64,000 nt of DNA from the NCBI RefSeq assembly GCF_009914755.1, contig NC_060946.1. One strand, 5' to 3'. Under the pieces are notes generated by a model, which saw only the letters and a program-made list of their open reading frames with translations, had not been told where the DNA came from and did no database searches. Source of the stretch: the human T2T-CHM13v2.0 reference genome, Homo sapiens. The position numbers and the translations under genes are program-made. Below, piece after piece: positions 39,451 to 52,420 of this stretch (position 1 is its first letter; each line of letters starts with the position of its first letter).

Positions 39451-40502
39451 AAATTTTTTTTTTTTTTTTTGCAGCTGTATCAGGGGGTCCAGAAAGGAAG
39501 GCAATGGGGATTCCTCTACTTGGGGAACTCTGCCTAGAGGGTGGGTAGATTTTCCAGGGATAGGATGGTCCCAGCCTCTGACAGATGCCAAGTTGAAGAC
39601 AAGGGCACTGCTCGGAGGCCAGGTGTCTCCCTGACTGGGGAGGTCCTCCTGACTTGAGTCCAGGGCCTCATATGACTATGTCTAAGCACCTGTGACACAC
39701 CTGGAGCAACACCCAGGAAGGCAGAGGGGAGGGCGAGAACCTGGTATTGACTGCCAAGTGCATGGCACAATGGACCAGGAGGAGGACGGTGGGGAGGAGG
39801 AGAGGGAGGAAGAAGGAAGAAGAAAACAGCAGGGAGGCAAACTGAGGCCCAAGGCCGTAAGGTGACAGCCAGGAATTTAGGTTCCCTAATTCTCAGCCTT
39901 TTATCCTCATTGCTTCTTTAGACTTTGGGTGGAACGTACGGGAAAAGATAATTGATGCTGCTGAAATAAAGTCAATAAAATTCTCTCTCTCTCCCTCTCC
40001 CTCCCCCCATCATTTAATGAGCACTTACTACATGTCAGGCACACTGACCCCCTCCACCTCTTTCAAGCCTCACCATTATTGTGTGAAGCAGTGGTCACAA
40101 GCCCCCGTTTCCAGGTGAGGAGCTGAGGCTGAGTGTGTTTCAGGCGCTTAACCAGAGGCCCACACCAAGCAGGTGGCCGAGCCATCCTTGCGGAGTCCCC
40201 CCGACTCCCTCCTTGCAGGAACTACTGAACTCCCCTGGCAGCAGCGGTACTGGGAGTCTCTCTGCCCCCCAGGAGACAGGCACAGGGGCTGGGCCCACAG
40301 AGAAATGGGGCCTGACTCCCCAGCCCCCTGTCACCATCCTGACGTTTCTCTATCTCCTCCCTCTCTTCCTAACCTCCTTTTTCCTTTCTCGTTCCGCTTA
40401 TACTCTTCTGGTCTTGGCTCTGCCAGGAGCCTCTTCTTAAGTTTTTATTTTTAAATAACAGCTTTTTAAAAGCTTTTTTAAAAAAAAAGAAAAGAAAAAG
40501 AA

Positions 40503-41125
40503 AAACAGCTTTACTGAGATATAATTCACTTACTATTTAATTTGCCCGTTTACAGCACACAATTCAATCATTTTTAGTCTATTCACAATATGAGCGAAAC
40601 CGTCACCACAGTCAGGCTTAGAACACTTCCACCACCCCACAAAGAAACTCAGTTCCTCTCAGCTATCACCCCATCCTCCCACCACACCCCCAGCCCCTGA
40701 AAACCACAAATCTACCTTCTGTCTCTATGGATTGCACTGATCTGAATGTTTCATAGAAATGGAATCATATAGTACATGATGTTTTGTGTCTGGCTTCCTT
40801 CACTTAGAATAATGTCTTCAAGGTTCATCCATGTTGTGGCATGTGTCAATGTGACATTCCTTCTTGAGGCTGAATAATACCCCATTGTATGGGTGGACCA
40901 TACTTTGACTATTGATGAACATTTGGGTTACGTCCACACTTTGGCTCTTATGAATAACGCTGCTGTGAACATTCCTGTACAAGTCTCTGTGTGGCCATGT
41001 GTTCTCACTTCTCTTGAGTAGATACCTAGGAGTGGAATTGCCTGGTCACAGGGTAACCGCATGTTTATTCCTTTGAGGATCTGCCCCACTGTTTTCCAAA
41101 GTGGCTGTACCTTTTTTATTCCCAC
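40503..41125 (-). mobile_element. L1MB-type 3' end (ORF2 tail and 3'UTR)
   Basis: aacagctttactgagatataattcac...aatggaatcatatagta...gatacctaggagtggaattg; minus-strand translation QPLWKTV...LPCDQAIPLLGIY is the L1 ORF2 C-terminus. Confidence 0.9.
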
Positions 41126-41899
41126 TCTCCCCTACTTTTCAAAAGTACCGTATATTGAGCCAGGCACTCATGGGCATCATCTCTTTGAATCCTCACCACA
41201 GTCTACCCACGGGATATCTAGGCATGACCATCACCTCATCTTCCAGATAAACTGAGGCTGAGAGACATAAGGCTGCTTGCCTGGGTCACTTGGCCGGTTG
41301 GTGTTCCAGGATCCCGATCAGCTGCCCTGCTTCCAACCACGCCACTGGGGCCATCCCTCCATCCCCAGTGGGGCCGCTGTTTGGGAGGCTGGGATGAACC
41401 ACTGGGCCTGTGGCGACTCCTGCTCCAAGGAGACCCTCCCCCATGCCTGACAGGTGATCCTGGGAGGAATATTTACCCTAGGGCTCCGTCTGCCGAGTGG
41501 GAAAGCCCTCGGGTGCTGTAACTGGAGAGGCCCAGTCCTGAGGCTCTGCTGAGGCTGGAGGAAAAGCACAAAGGGTTCTTTGTCCTGCCCATTGTTTGCA
41601 CTTGCAGCCAGCCTTGCTGTGCCCCTCAGACCAGCACGGGGCACGCTGGGTCTGCAGAGCAGCTGGGCTGTCTCAGGTTCTCCGGGGGGCCCCCTGGGAT
41701 AAACCAGAGGATTCGTTGGGGCGGAGGCAGAGGGGATATGGAAAATATTGGGAGCTTAGTAGGCACTCAGCGTATGGGAAATCATCCCCTAGACTTTTTA
41801 AAGGAGTCTTTTGTCCTTGGTTGTAAAGTCACCAGGCACATGCATAAAAAGGATGAAACAGCCCCAAGGGTGTGGTTGTACTCCTCTGCCCACCCTGAG

Positions 41900-42485
41900 C
41901 CCAGCAGCCATGTCCATGCCTCTTGTGTGTCTTTCCAGAAAGTTTTTATGCTTATATATGAAAATGAACACGTGTGTGAGTGTGCTTCTTTTTTACATAT
42001 AAATGGCGACTTTCTTTTTTCCTTAAGATTTAAATAGATTTTACTGCGACAGGGGAGACCCCACCAAGCAGGGCCAATATATGTGGTCCCAGGAGGTCAA
42101 GAAATGGTGACTTTCCGTATCCACTCCCGTCTTTCACTGCACGAAGCCCTCGGAAGATTATTCTATAGCAGTACGATGACAGCATCCTCCTTCTAGGGAC
42201 TACATCGTCTTCCGTCTCTGGATGTGCCATCTTTTACTCAGCTAGTCTACATCTCAGGTGTTCCCCATCTTCTGCACACAAGTATTTGCACATGCGTGTG
42301 AGTGTGTGCTGCGAGCACATTCTTACCAGTGGTATCACTGGGTCTTGGGAGGTGTGTTTTTGTTTTTGCATGTGACAAACACAAGCAAATTGTCTTCCAT
42401 GGGGGTGGCCTCGATTATCCGTCCCCAGCATGGCCCGGGAGTGCCTGTATGCCCATGATCTCACTAATAGGATAGCATCAGCTCT
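41900..42485 (-). mobile_element. Highly diverged L1M(E) relic
   Basis: Faint L1 3' motifs; minus-strand translation DPVIPLVRM resembles ORF2 DPAIPLLGI. Confidence 0.45.
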
Positions 42486-42489
42486 TTCA

Positions 42490-42791
42490 TTTTTCTTTAC
42501 TTTCTTTTTGAGACAGAGTCTTGCTCTGTCACCCAGACTGGATGCAGTGGCATGATCTCAGCTCACCTGCAGCCTCCGCCTCCTGGGTTCCAGCGATTCT
42601 TCAGCCTTACCCTTCCAAGTAGCTGGGACTAGAGGCAAGCACCACCACGCCGGGCTAATTTTTGTATTTTCAGTAGAGATGGGCTTTTGCAATGTTGGCC
42701 AGCCTTGTCTGGAGCTCCTGACCTCAGGTGTTGTGTCTGCCTCAGCCTCCCAAAGTACTGGGATTACAGGCATGAGCCATCACACCTGGCC
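42490..42791 (-). mobile_element. AluSx/Sz
   Basis: Full antisense dimer ending cacacctggcc. Confidence 0.92.
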
Positions 42792-43120
42792 TTTTACTTT
42801 TCACTGAAGGGAAATATACATACAAAAAAGTGCGCCTGTCATCAGAGCCCAGCTCGCTGGATTTTCACAGCATCCACGCCTCCATGAAACCAGCACTTGG
42901 ATCAAGACGGGAAGGTCCCCAGTCCCTGAAGCCTGCTTGTCACTCCCCTCCCAACATAAACTTGATCTATTGTCAGTCTTTTTTGTTCACTAAAATCCCC
43001 CTTCCCTTTCCAAATTCCCCTGTCTGCATAGACCATGTCAGTGCCGCCCAAACCATATGCCAGGAAACTGAAAAACTAAAATGTTTTGATTTTTTTAAAG
43101 GAAAAATAAATCAGTAAGGA

Positions 43121-43457
43121 CAAGGGTCCCCAAACTATTCCCCACGGGCCAAATCCATTTTGCAGTCCTTTTACGTGTGGCCCACATGCTAAAAATTATA
43201 GTCATTTTTTAAATGATTGGGAAAAAAAATCAAAAGAAGAATAGATCAGGACACATAAACATTTTATCAAATTCAAATCTCAGTGTCCATAAATAACGTT
43301 TTCTTGGCACGCAGGCACGTTCTTCATTTGTGTATTATCTACGGCCCAGTTCTTGCTGCAGCAGCGGAATCGAGAAGCTGCGGGAGAGACCCCGCGGCCT
43401 GCAAAGCTGAAAATATTTACTTCCTGGCCATTCACAGAAAATGTTTGCCAACCCATG
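43121..43457 (-). mobile_element. MER58B (hAT-Charlie)
   Basis: caaacta..cccacgggccaaatcc...aaattcaaatctcagtgtccataaataa...aaaatatttact..tggcc..acagaaaatgtttgccaaccc. Confidence 0.8.
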
Positions 43458-45028
43458 ACCTAAAGCATCATCTCTCAGAGGGTTGGGAAGGAACCTGGAA
43501 GCTGTCCCATTCAGAGGCGGGAGCTTCAACGGGACCCTGCGTCTTCTGCCTCCAAGGCCTGTGGTAGGGGCTGTCACAGGCTGCAGAGGAGTCCAGGAGG
43601 GAGATGCTACAGGTAAGGCAGGAGGATGGAGAAGAGAGAACAGACTTGAACTAGACTTAGGGTCACACCAGCAGCTGTGAGCAGCTGACGAGTGTTCCAG
43701 TGCAAGGAGAGGAGGGTGCAAGAGCCAGGGATTATACACTGATTAGCCTCCATCACCGCAGAAATTATCTTGCCTGTGCATGGTGCGAGGGTCTGGAACA
43801 TACATTTAACCAAGGCAAGGAGCGAAGTGAGAGGAAGCAATATTGTGGATTGCAGGAGGTGATGGATGAGATGAGAGAAGAATCTGCATGGTCAGAATCT
43901 GTTTGGCATCGGAAGGGAAGTACCCAGGAAATTTGAGGATCGCCTCGTCCAGTTGTCTGTGGAACTGAACTGTGAGTTGTCCATGAGGGATGAATGGCAA
44001 TGCCAATGTTTCCAGAGTTTCTGTCATGAGGTCTCCTGGCTTGGAGATGGAGAGGGCACACACAGGTTTCGGATTCAAGCCTGCAGGACAGTCCTGGCTG
44101 CACCACTCAGGAACCCTGGGTGAGTCTCTTTACCCCTCACAGCCTCAGTTTTCCCTTCCTGGAAATGGGACCACAATCCAAACCTTGTAGAACTGCTTCA
44201 AAGATGAAAGGAGACATCGCATGTGAGATGCCGGCCCATAGGAGCCAGGGCACGAAAGGCAGCTCCGCATTGGGTCCCCAAAAAGTCTCCGCAGGTTGGC
44301 AGCCAAGAGAGCTACCATTTCTTTGTTTGGAGAGATTCCACTCCCTGGAAAGGGTAATCCTGCAGGAAAGGAGGAGGGAGTCGTTCCAGAGTTTGGGAGA
44401 TGTCGGCTTTGACTCTGAGTGATGCCGCCTCAAACACTTACTGTCATACAGGAAGTTACTCAAACACAATCAATTAGACACCCATATTAGCATATTTGTC
44501 ATTGTAATACAGCCGCAGAGAGGAGATGCTGGAGACTGTTTATTGCTGTTCTGAGCTAATATTTATTAAAGTGATTAATATGTTTTTCAAATATCTGTGA
44601 CAGGCGTGGCAGGAATTACTGATCTCCTCCCTCGAGAGCCTGAAAGGGTGAGGGGTGGGAGTCACTTAGAGAGGGGCGGCAGGTAGGGGCCTTGGGGCCT
44701 CAGGGGACCGTGTCCTCCTCTGGGGCCCCTTTCCTGCTCGGGCCTCCTGCCTTCCATCTTCCCCTGTCTCCTCCACCTTCAACTTCCCCTGTCTCCTCTC
44801 CTCCACCTTCAACTTCCCCCTCTACTGACCGTTCCCATCGGCATTCTGAGACATCTCCCACCATGACAAATAGAGACCTCCCAGGATGCCCTGTCCCCCT
44901 GCTCCTTCCTGGACCCCCTCATCCCCAGCCATTCTGCCATCTTCCTCCTTCCCTCCATAGCCAAACTCTTCAAAAGAACTCTTTTCCCTCCCTACCTCCT
45001 TTGCTCATCTTCCAGTCTCTGCTTTTTA

Positions 45029-45424
<396 letters not shown>

Positions 45425-45475
45425 CTATGTCTGCATTGTCCAATACAGAAACTGCCAACTGCATGTGGCTTTTGA

Positions 45476-45777
<302 letters not shown>

Positions 45778-46001
45778 TTTTTTTTTTTTTTTTTTTTTTT
45801 TTGAGACCCAGCCTTGCTCTGCCATCCAGGTTGGAGTGCAGTGATACAATCAGGACTCACTGCAGCCCGGACCTCCTGGGCTCAGGTGATCCTCCTACCT
45901 CACCCTCCCAGGTAGGTGGAACCACACGCATACGCACCACACCTGGGTAATTTTTGTATTTTTTTTGTAGAGATGGGGTTTCACCATGTTGTCCAGGCTG
46001 G
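45778..46001 (-). mobile_element. AluJ, 5'-truncated
   Basis: Poly-T followed by J-type right arm and partial left arm. Confidence 0.88.
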
Positions 46002-46079
46002 AGGAACCAGATTTGTAATGTTATTTAATTTTAATGAATTTATATCTAGATTTAAGTAGCCATGTATGGCTCTAAAGGA

Positions 46080-47235
46080 TTATACAGTGGGTCTGTGGAT
46101 CCCCAACACCCACTAGCATTATCAAATATCTACACTTTGTCATATAGGTTTCAGGATTTTTAAAGTAACAAAACCTTACAGACCTGTTTCCTTTTTTTTT
46201 CTCTACTGATGTAATTACTATCTTAAAGTTGGTCTTTATCTTTTCCACTCATGTTTGTATACTGTTACTAGGTAAGAATGTGTCCACAAGCAATATATAG
46301 TATTATTTTTCACATTTTAGTAACTTACATGCATAGTAACCTATTTTATGCATCATTTTGCAATTTTTTTCTTTTTGGCTAAGCTTTGTTTTCCCAATTA
46401 ACACAGAACTAGCTCATTTTCACCATCGTGTAATATTCTACTATAAGAGCATGTTTCAGTGTATCTCTCCTCCTTCTATTGGGGAACTTGTGTTACTTAA
46501 TGCTGCAGTGAACATCTTTGAACATGTCACTTAGAGCAATGGGTTAACATTTCTGAAACCTATTCACCAAGAAATAGAATTGCTGTGTCAGGTTGCACAG
46601 CTTTAACTTTACTAGCTGCCCCAAGATGGCTCTACAACATGGCTGTGCCAATATACCCTCCAACCAATGCCAGAGAAGAGGCCCTGCTTCCCCACAGGCT
46701 CATTGATGCTTGGTATTCTCAAGTTTTAAATTTCTGTCAAACAGATGGGTAGGATGGTGTGGTTGTTTTCATTTGCGTTCCCCGTTTATCAGTGAATTTA
46801 AACATCTTTCATAATTATTGGCCATGTGAATTTTCTCTTTTGAGAACTGTCTGGTCATGCTCATTTCCTATTTGCCTATTCGGAAGTTAGTGTCATTGAT
46901 TTGTCAGAGCTCTTTACATATTATGGATTCAATCCTTTTTCAGTTATATGTGTTCAGGTATCTTTTCTGAGTCTTGCCTTCTCTTTTAACTTATTCAGGA
47001 TGAGTTACTTTGAAAATAAGGTTTTAATTTTAAGGTAGTCAATGTGTCAATATTTTTCTTTAATTTTTTTTTGTACTATGAATAAGGAAACTTCTCTTAC
47101 CCCAGGGTTATAAAGACATCCTATATTTCCATATAGAACTTTCCAAGTTTTCCTTTTTGTATTTAGATCTTTAATGAATCTTGAGACTATTTGTTTGTGT
47201 GTATGTGTGCTGTATGAATTTGGAATCTAACATAA
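46080..47235 (-). mobile_element. Old L1M(E) 3' region
   Basis: AT-rich; aatgctgcagtgaacatcttt...agaaatagaattgctg...ttttcatttgc...gctctttacatatt...ttttaattttaa..tagtcaa, antisense ORF2-end motifs. Confidence 0.75.
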
Positions 47236-47289
47236 TATTGTTTATATAATATAAGGCAAGACTAGAAAAAGGTATTGTTTATGTAATGT

Positions 47290-47465
47290 AAGGCAAGACT
47301 AGAAAAAGATATCTGAACACATAAAACTGAGACAGGATTGAATCCATAATATGTAAAGAGCTCTGGCAAATCGGTAAGACACTAACTTCCCAGTAGGCAA
47401 ATAAGCAATGAGCATAACCAGACAGACAGTTCCTGAAAGAGAACATCCAAATGGCCAGTAATCAT
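47290..47465 (+). other. Inverted duplicate of 46812-46980
   Basis: Reverse complement aligns along the whole arm; 32/32 core at 46905-46936 vs 47334-47365. Confidence 0.9.
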
Positions 47466-47946
47466 TAGTTGTCTATGCTGATGGCAAATTACCATAATTG
47501 GTGGATTAAAACAACACACACACGTTTATTATCCCAGTTTCTGTGGGTCAGGAGCCTGGCACAGCTTAGCTGGAGCCTCGCTTATGGTGTCACAATGCAA
47601 CAATCAAGGTGTTGGCTGGAGCTGGGTTCTCATCAGAGGCTTGACTAGGGAAGGATCCTCTTTCAAGCTCCTCAGCTTGTTCACAGAGTTCATTCCCTTG
47701 CAGCTGTATGATCCATGAAAGTTTATTTCTTTAAAACTAGTAATGAGAAAATAAAGATCAACAGAAAAAAAACAGACTATAATAATGTAACATAATAAAT
47801 GCAGTGACAGCCATTCCCTTTGCCATGTTTTATTGGATAGAAGCAGGTCACAGGTCCCGCCTACACTCAAGGGAAGGGGATCATACAAGGGCGTGAATAC
47901 CGGGAGACAGGAATCATGGTGGCCACCTCGAAGACTGCCTGCCACA
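47462..47946 (-). mobile_element. MLT1E-type MaLR LTR
   Basis: ttaaaacaacac...cagtttctgtgggtcaggag...agaagcaggtcacaggtcccgcctacactcaagggaaggg...ctgcctgccaca. Confidence 0.82.
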
Positions 47947-48139
47947 GTGCGCGTACTGATCATCATCTTCCAGCATTCTTTTTAGATGGTCCACCCCTTC
48001 CTCACCAAATGGCAATGCATCCTCCACCACGTACGAAGTTTCCATAGGCACAGAGGTCTGTTCTGGCCTCCTTTGTTATTGCTGTCGTTCCAGTGGTCTT
48101 CCTGCCCCTACCGCCCTCTAAATATGCTCCAGTTTGGGG

Positions 48140-48870
48140 TCACCAATGCCCACCATATTGCTAAATTCCATTAAGTCTTTTCAGTCTCACCCTACTAGAC
48201 CCTCAGGGGTATCCGGCACCATGGACATCTCCTTCCCTCTTCAATCATTCTCCCCAGACTTGAGGCTCCTCATCCAGGGTCTCCTATGCCAGGTGCCCCT
48301 CCTGCCTGATGTGGGCATCCCCCAGGTTCACTGCCTGGGTGATCTCATCTGCTCCTGGGACCAAATCCCACCTTCGGGTTAAGGATGCTCAATGACCACC
48401 CCAGGCTGGAGCCTCCTGGAGCTCCAAGAATGTGCAGCCGATGGCCCTTCAGACTCCACCTGGAAGACCTCTGCTCACCTCTGACTCAATGTGCCCACAC
48501 TGATTTCCCAATTCCACTCTCCCCTCTAGAGGACTCCCTTCCCCGTCATCATTGCTGCCTCCATGGATGGATGGAATGGATGTTGAAATCCATGGTGGGC
48601 TGGACTGCCTCCTTCTGTCTTCGCTGCCACCCTGCCCGAGCCACCGTCACCTCTCACCTGGGTGTCTCCAGTAGCTTTCCAACTTCCACTCCTGCCCCCT
48701 GCAGTCAATTCTCCACATGGTGGTCAGGGTAATAGTTGCAAAAACATAAATCATTTCACATCATCCCCCTACTTAAAATCCTTTCTGTGGCTTCCCACTG
48801 CTTTTGGAATAGGATCCAGATTCCTCAGCGTGCTCTCGGTCACAGGGGGCCACCTCCTCTGCAACTCCAT
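48140..48870 (+). mobile_element. L2 fragment(s)
   Basis: caccaatgcccaccatattgctaaattcca...ctgggtgatctcatc...tcaattctccacat...cttaaaatcctttctgtggcttcccactgc. Confidence 0.65.
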
Positions 48871-49879
48871 CCATCACCACCCTCCCCCAACGTGCGCCTC
48901 CCCCCCTCACTGGACCCCGGAGATTATCTGATTATTTCTCTAAGTGGGAGACTTTGGGGTGGTCCAAGTGGTCTGGGGGGGAAAGGTGCCAAATTTCCCC
49001 TCTGAGTGGCAGGGCCTGGGCAGAGCCACGAGCCCCGAGGAGGTCAGGTTAAATGGCACTGTTTACTTTAGCCCTCTCCAAAGTGTGTTTTGGTGGTGAG
49101 AGAGAGTTATGAATAAGCTCTTAATTCCAGCAAGGGCGTGGGTCAGCTCTCCGACCGCGGTGTTTATTGACACACGCGTCTGCTCCCTTGCCCAGCGCCC
49201 CGAGTCTGAGGGGCCCGTCTATGTGCAGGGGCTGGTGGCCCCGGCTCACCTGGGTGGGGGCCGGGCCTACCTGCAGCCTCTCTCCAAATGCACCACAGCA
49301 TCAGTTTTTCCATTGGTGCTGGTGGGGGCCAGGGAGGGTGGGAGGGGGTGCATCTGGGAAAACTGTCATGAGCAGGGAGGGACCCAGACCCCACCCCTGG
49401 CGGGGGGGGTGCCCAGAAGCCAGATGCCACCCAAGAAACGAGGTGGGTGGGAGGTCCGTGGGGCTGTTTGGAGTTCTGTCACCTGGTTAGGCTGTTTGTT
49501 TGTGTTTTTCCTGGGCTGATGGCATCCTTGGGGCCTGAGTTGGGAGCAAGCTCATGAGCTCACTTGCTATGTGGCTTGAGACCAGTTGGGTTCCCCTGCT
49601 GGGTGGGCCTCAGTTTCCCCATCTGCATTACAGCCATTCTGTTCTACAGGCAGAGATGAAAGCACAGCAGACTGTGTCCTCATACAGGATCATGGTTTTT
49701 GGAAGAAGGATATTTGAGAACACGTTCTCAAATGGAAATCACAAGTTCAGAAAGGTCCATTTATATACATCTGCCCAGGAGCCGCCCTGATGGAAGCCAG
49801 GAGCCAGGACAAGAAGGTCCAGATAAATATACAAGCCAAGAGCCACACGGTGACGCTGCTGTGAGGCTGCCAGTGCACC

Positions 49880-50301
49880 AGTCTCAAAATGACAAGACGG
49901 CAGAGATGGAGAACAGATTAGCGGTCGCCTGGGGATAGGAGCAGGATGGGAGAGGGACGCAATTCTAAAGGGGCAGCACAAGGAAGCTCTTCTAGGGTGA
50001 TGAAGTCATTCTGTATCTTGACTGTGGTGGTGGTCACAGGAATCCATACATGGCACCAAGTTGCACAGAACTACACACACACACACTGAATTCATGTAAA
50101 AACTGATGAAAATATAATATAGTCCATGATCTAGTTAACAGTAGAAAACCAGTGTCAATTTCCTGATTCTGAGGTCATACTACAGTCATATAAGCTGTTG
50201 CCATTGGAGGAAGCGGGGGGGCGGGGGAGAGAGTACACAGGACTTTGTACTTTTTTTCCAGGGCCCTGTGAGTCTGTAATATAATTGCAAAATTAAAAGT
50301 T
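49880..50301 (+). mobile_element. L1MC/MD 3' end
   Basis: aaaatgacaag..cagagatggagaacagattagcggtcgcc...ttctgtatcttgactgtggtggtggt...cctgtgagtctgtaat..aaaattaaaagtt. Confidence 0.8.
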
Positions 50302-50510
50302 GTTTTTTTTAAGAGCTCGGGAAGGTTATTCATGTGCCCAAGGTCACACAGCAAATTGAGAACTAAGCTAGGCTTAATCCCCAGGGATATTGATAGCCAT
50401 GTTTTTTCCACTCTACCGTAGAAAGACAGAGCAAGAGAGGCATTCTATAAAATAATCCTAGATGAGTAATAGTGAAGGCATGAGAGTAGTAATAGTGGAA
50501 GTAATAGTAA

Positions 50511-50689
50511 TTCTTTTTTTCTTTTTCTTTTTTTTTTTTTTTGAGATGAGGTCTCACTCTGTCACCCAGGCTGGAGTGCAGTGGCACAATCATGGCTCCC
50601 TGCAGCCTCGACCTCCCTAGCTAAAGCAATCCTCCAGCCTTGGCCTCCCAAAGTGCTGGGACTACAGCCGTGAATCACTGTGCTTGGCT
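50511..50689 (-). mobile_element. Alu monomer (FRAM-like or recombined AluJ)
   Basis: Single arm of about 150 bp with poly-T. Confidence 0.85.
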
Positions 50690-51298
50690 GCTAGTAATAA
50701 TCATTGTAGTAATTGTAGCAGTGACATTAGCAATAATCATGACAGCTTTTGTTTATTGAGGACTGGCCTCAAGCCAGGCACCTTGTGTCTGCTTTATATA
50801 TATTACTCCTGCTCTTCCCCACAGCCCCCAAGGTTGTATAGATGGGAAACTGAGGCACAGTTCCCAGATCACACAGAAGATAGTAAAGGTTGAATCTAAG
50901 CCTTTCACTCCATCTTTCGATTCAGGTGTCCACCATAAGCCTTTGTCCTTAGCCCGTGTCCCCATCTGAAACCCCCCAACGAAATTATGCCAGCTAGGCT
51001 GAAATTCCAGCCTGGTGTCCAGGATCCACCCCTTGGTCATGTCTACTGTCTGAGAGAGGTCCTGGCTGGCACAAAGGGGCCACCCACAAATGGGTCAGTG
51101 GGAGGATCAATTACCTTGCTTGGGAATCTAGGCAAGTGGCCAGAGATGGTTTTGGCACTGAGCGGCCCCTCCCACTTTACATCTACCCTGAAGCCATCCT
51201 GACAGAGGTCATGGGCCAGGACAAGGAGGTGTCCAAATAAATAAACAAGCCCGTAGCCAGGAGGTGCAGCTGCTAGGTGGCTATAAACAGGGAGCATA

Positions 51299-51813
<515 letters not shown>

Positions 51814-52021
51814 TGCCCAGGTGCTATTTATTCACTGATCCACCCCCATGGGCTGGGCGCCTGGGTTGACACGCCCCCTCTGCGCCTCAGTTTTGGTCTC
51901 AGAAAGCTCTGGGAGCCCTCCCATTTGAGTTGCACAGCTGCTCTGTGTGGGGCTGTTTCTGGCTCCTGGACAGCCTGGCCCATGCTGGTGTGGCCCGGAC
52001 GTCCCTCTCCTGCTAGATGGG

Positions 52022-52420
52022 GCTGGGCAGCCATAACAAATGATCACAAACCTGTGTGGCTTTGAACAACAGGATTTAGTGTCTTACATTTCTGGAGGCC
52101 AGAAGTCTGAAATTGAGGTGCCAGCAGGCCGTGCTACGTCTGAAGGCTCTAGGAGAGTATCCTTCCTTGTCGCTTCCAACTTCTGGTGGCTCCAGGCATT
52201 CCTTGGCTTATAGCCGCATCCCTCCAGTCTCTATCTCTGTTGTCACCTGGACTTCTCTTTTCTCCCTGTTTCTTCTCTATGTGTCCCTTATAAGGACACT
52301 TGTCACTGGATTTAAGGCACCCCTGGATAATCTCAATGATCTCACCTCGAGATCGTTAACTTCATTACATCGGCAAATAAGTTCAATTCGCAGGTTCCCG
52401 AGATTAGGATATAGATGTAT
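52022..52420 (-). mobile_element. MLT1B/C MaLR LTR
   Basis: gccataacaaa...tctggaggccagaagtctgaaatt...cttataaggacacttgtcactggatttaagg. Confidence 0.82.

Noticed and set aside
40928-41125. 65-aa ORF similar to L1 ORF2p C-terminus
   Set aside because: Degenerate fragment of a truncated L1MB, not a gene
44761-44822. Short direct repeat tctcctccaccttcaacttcccc x2
   Set aside because: Ordinary slippage duplication in a pyrimidine-rich tract
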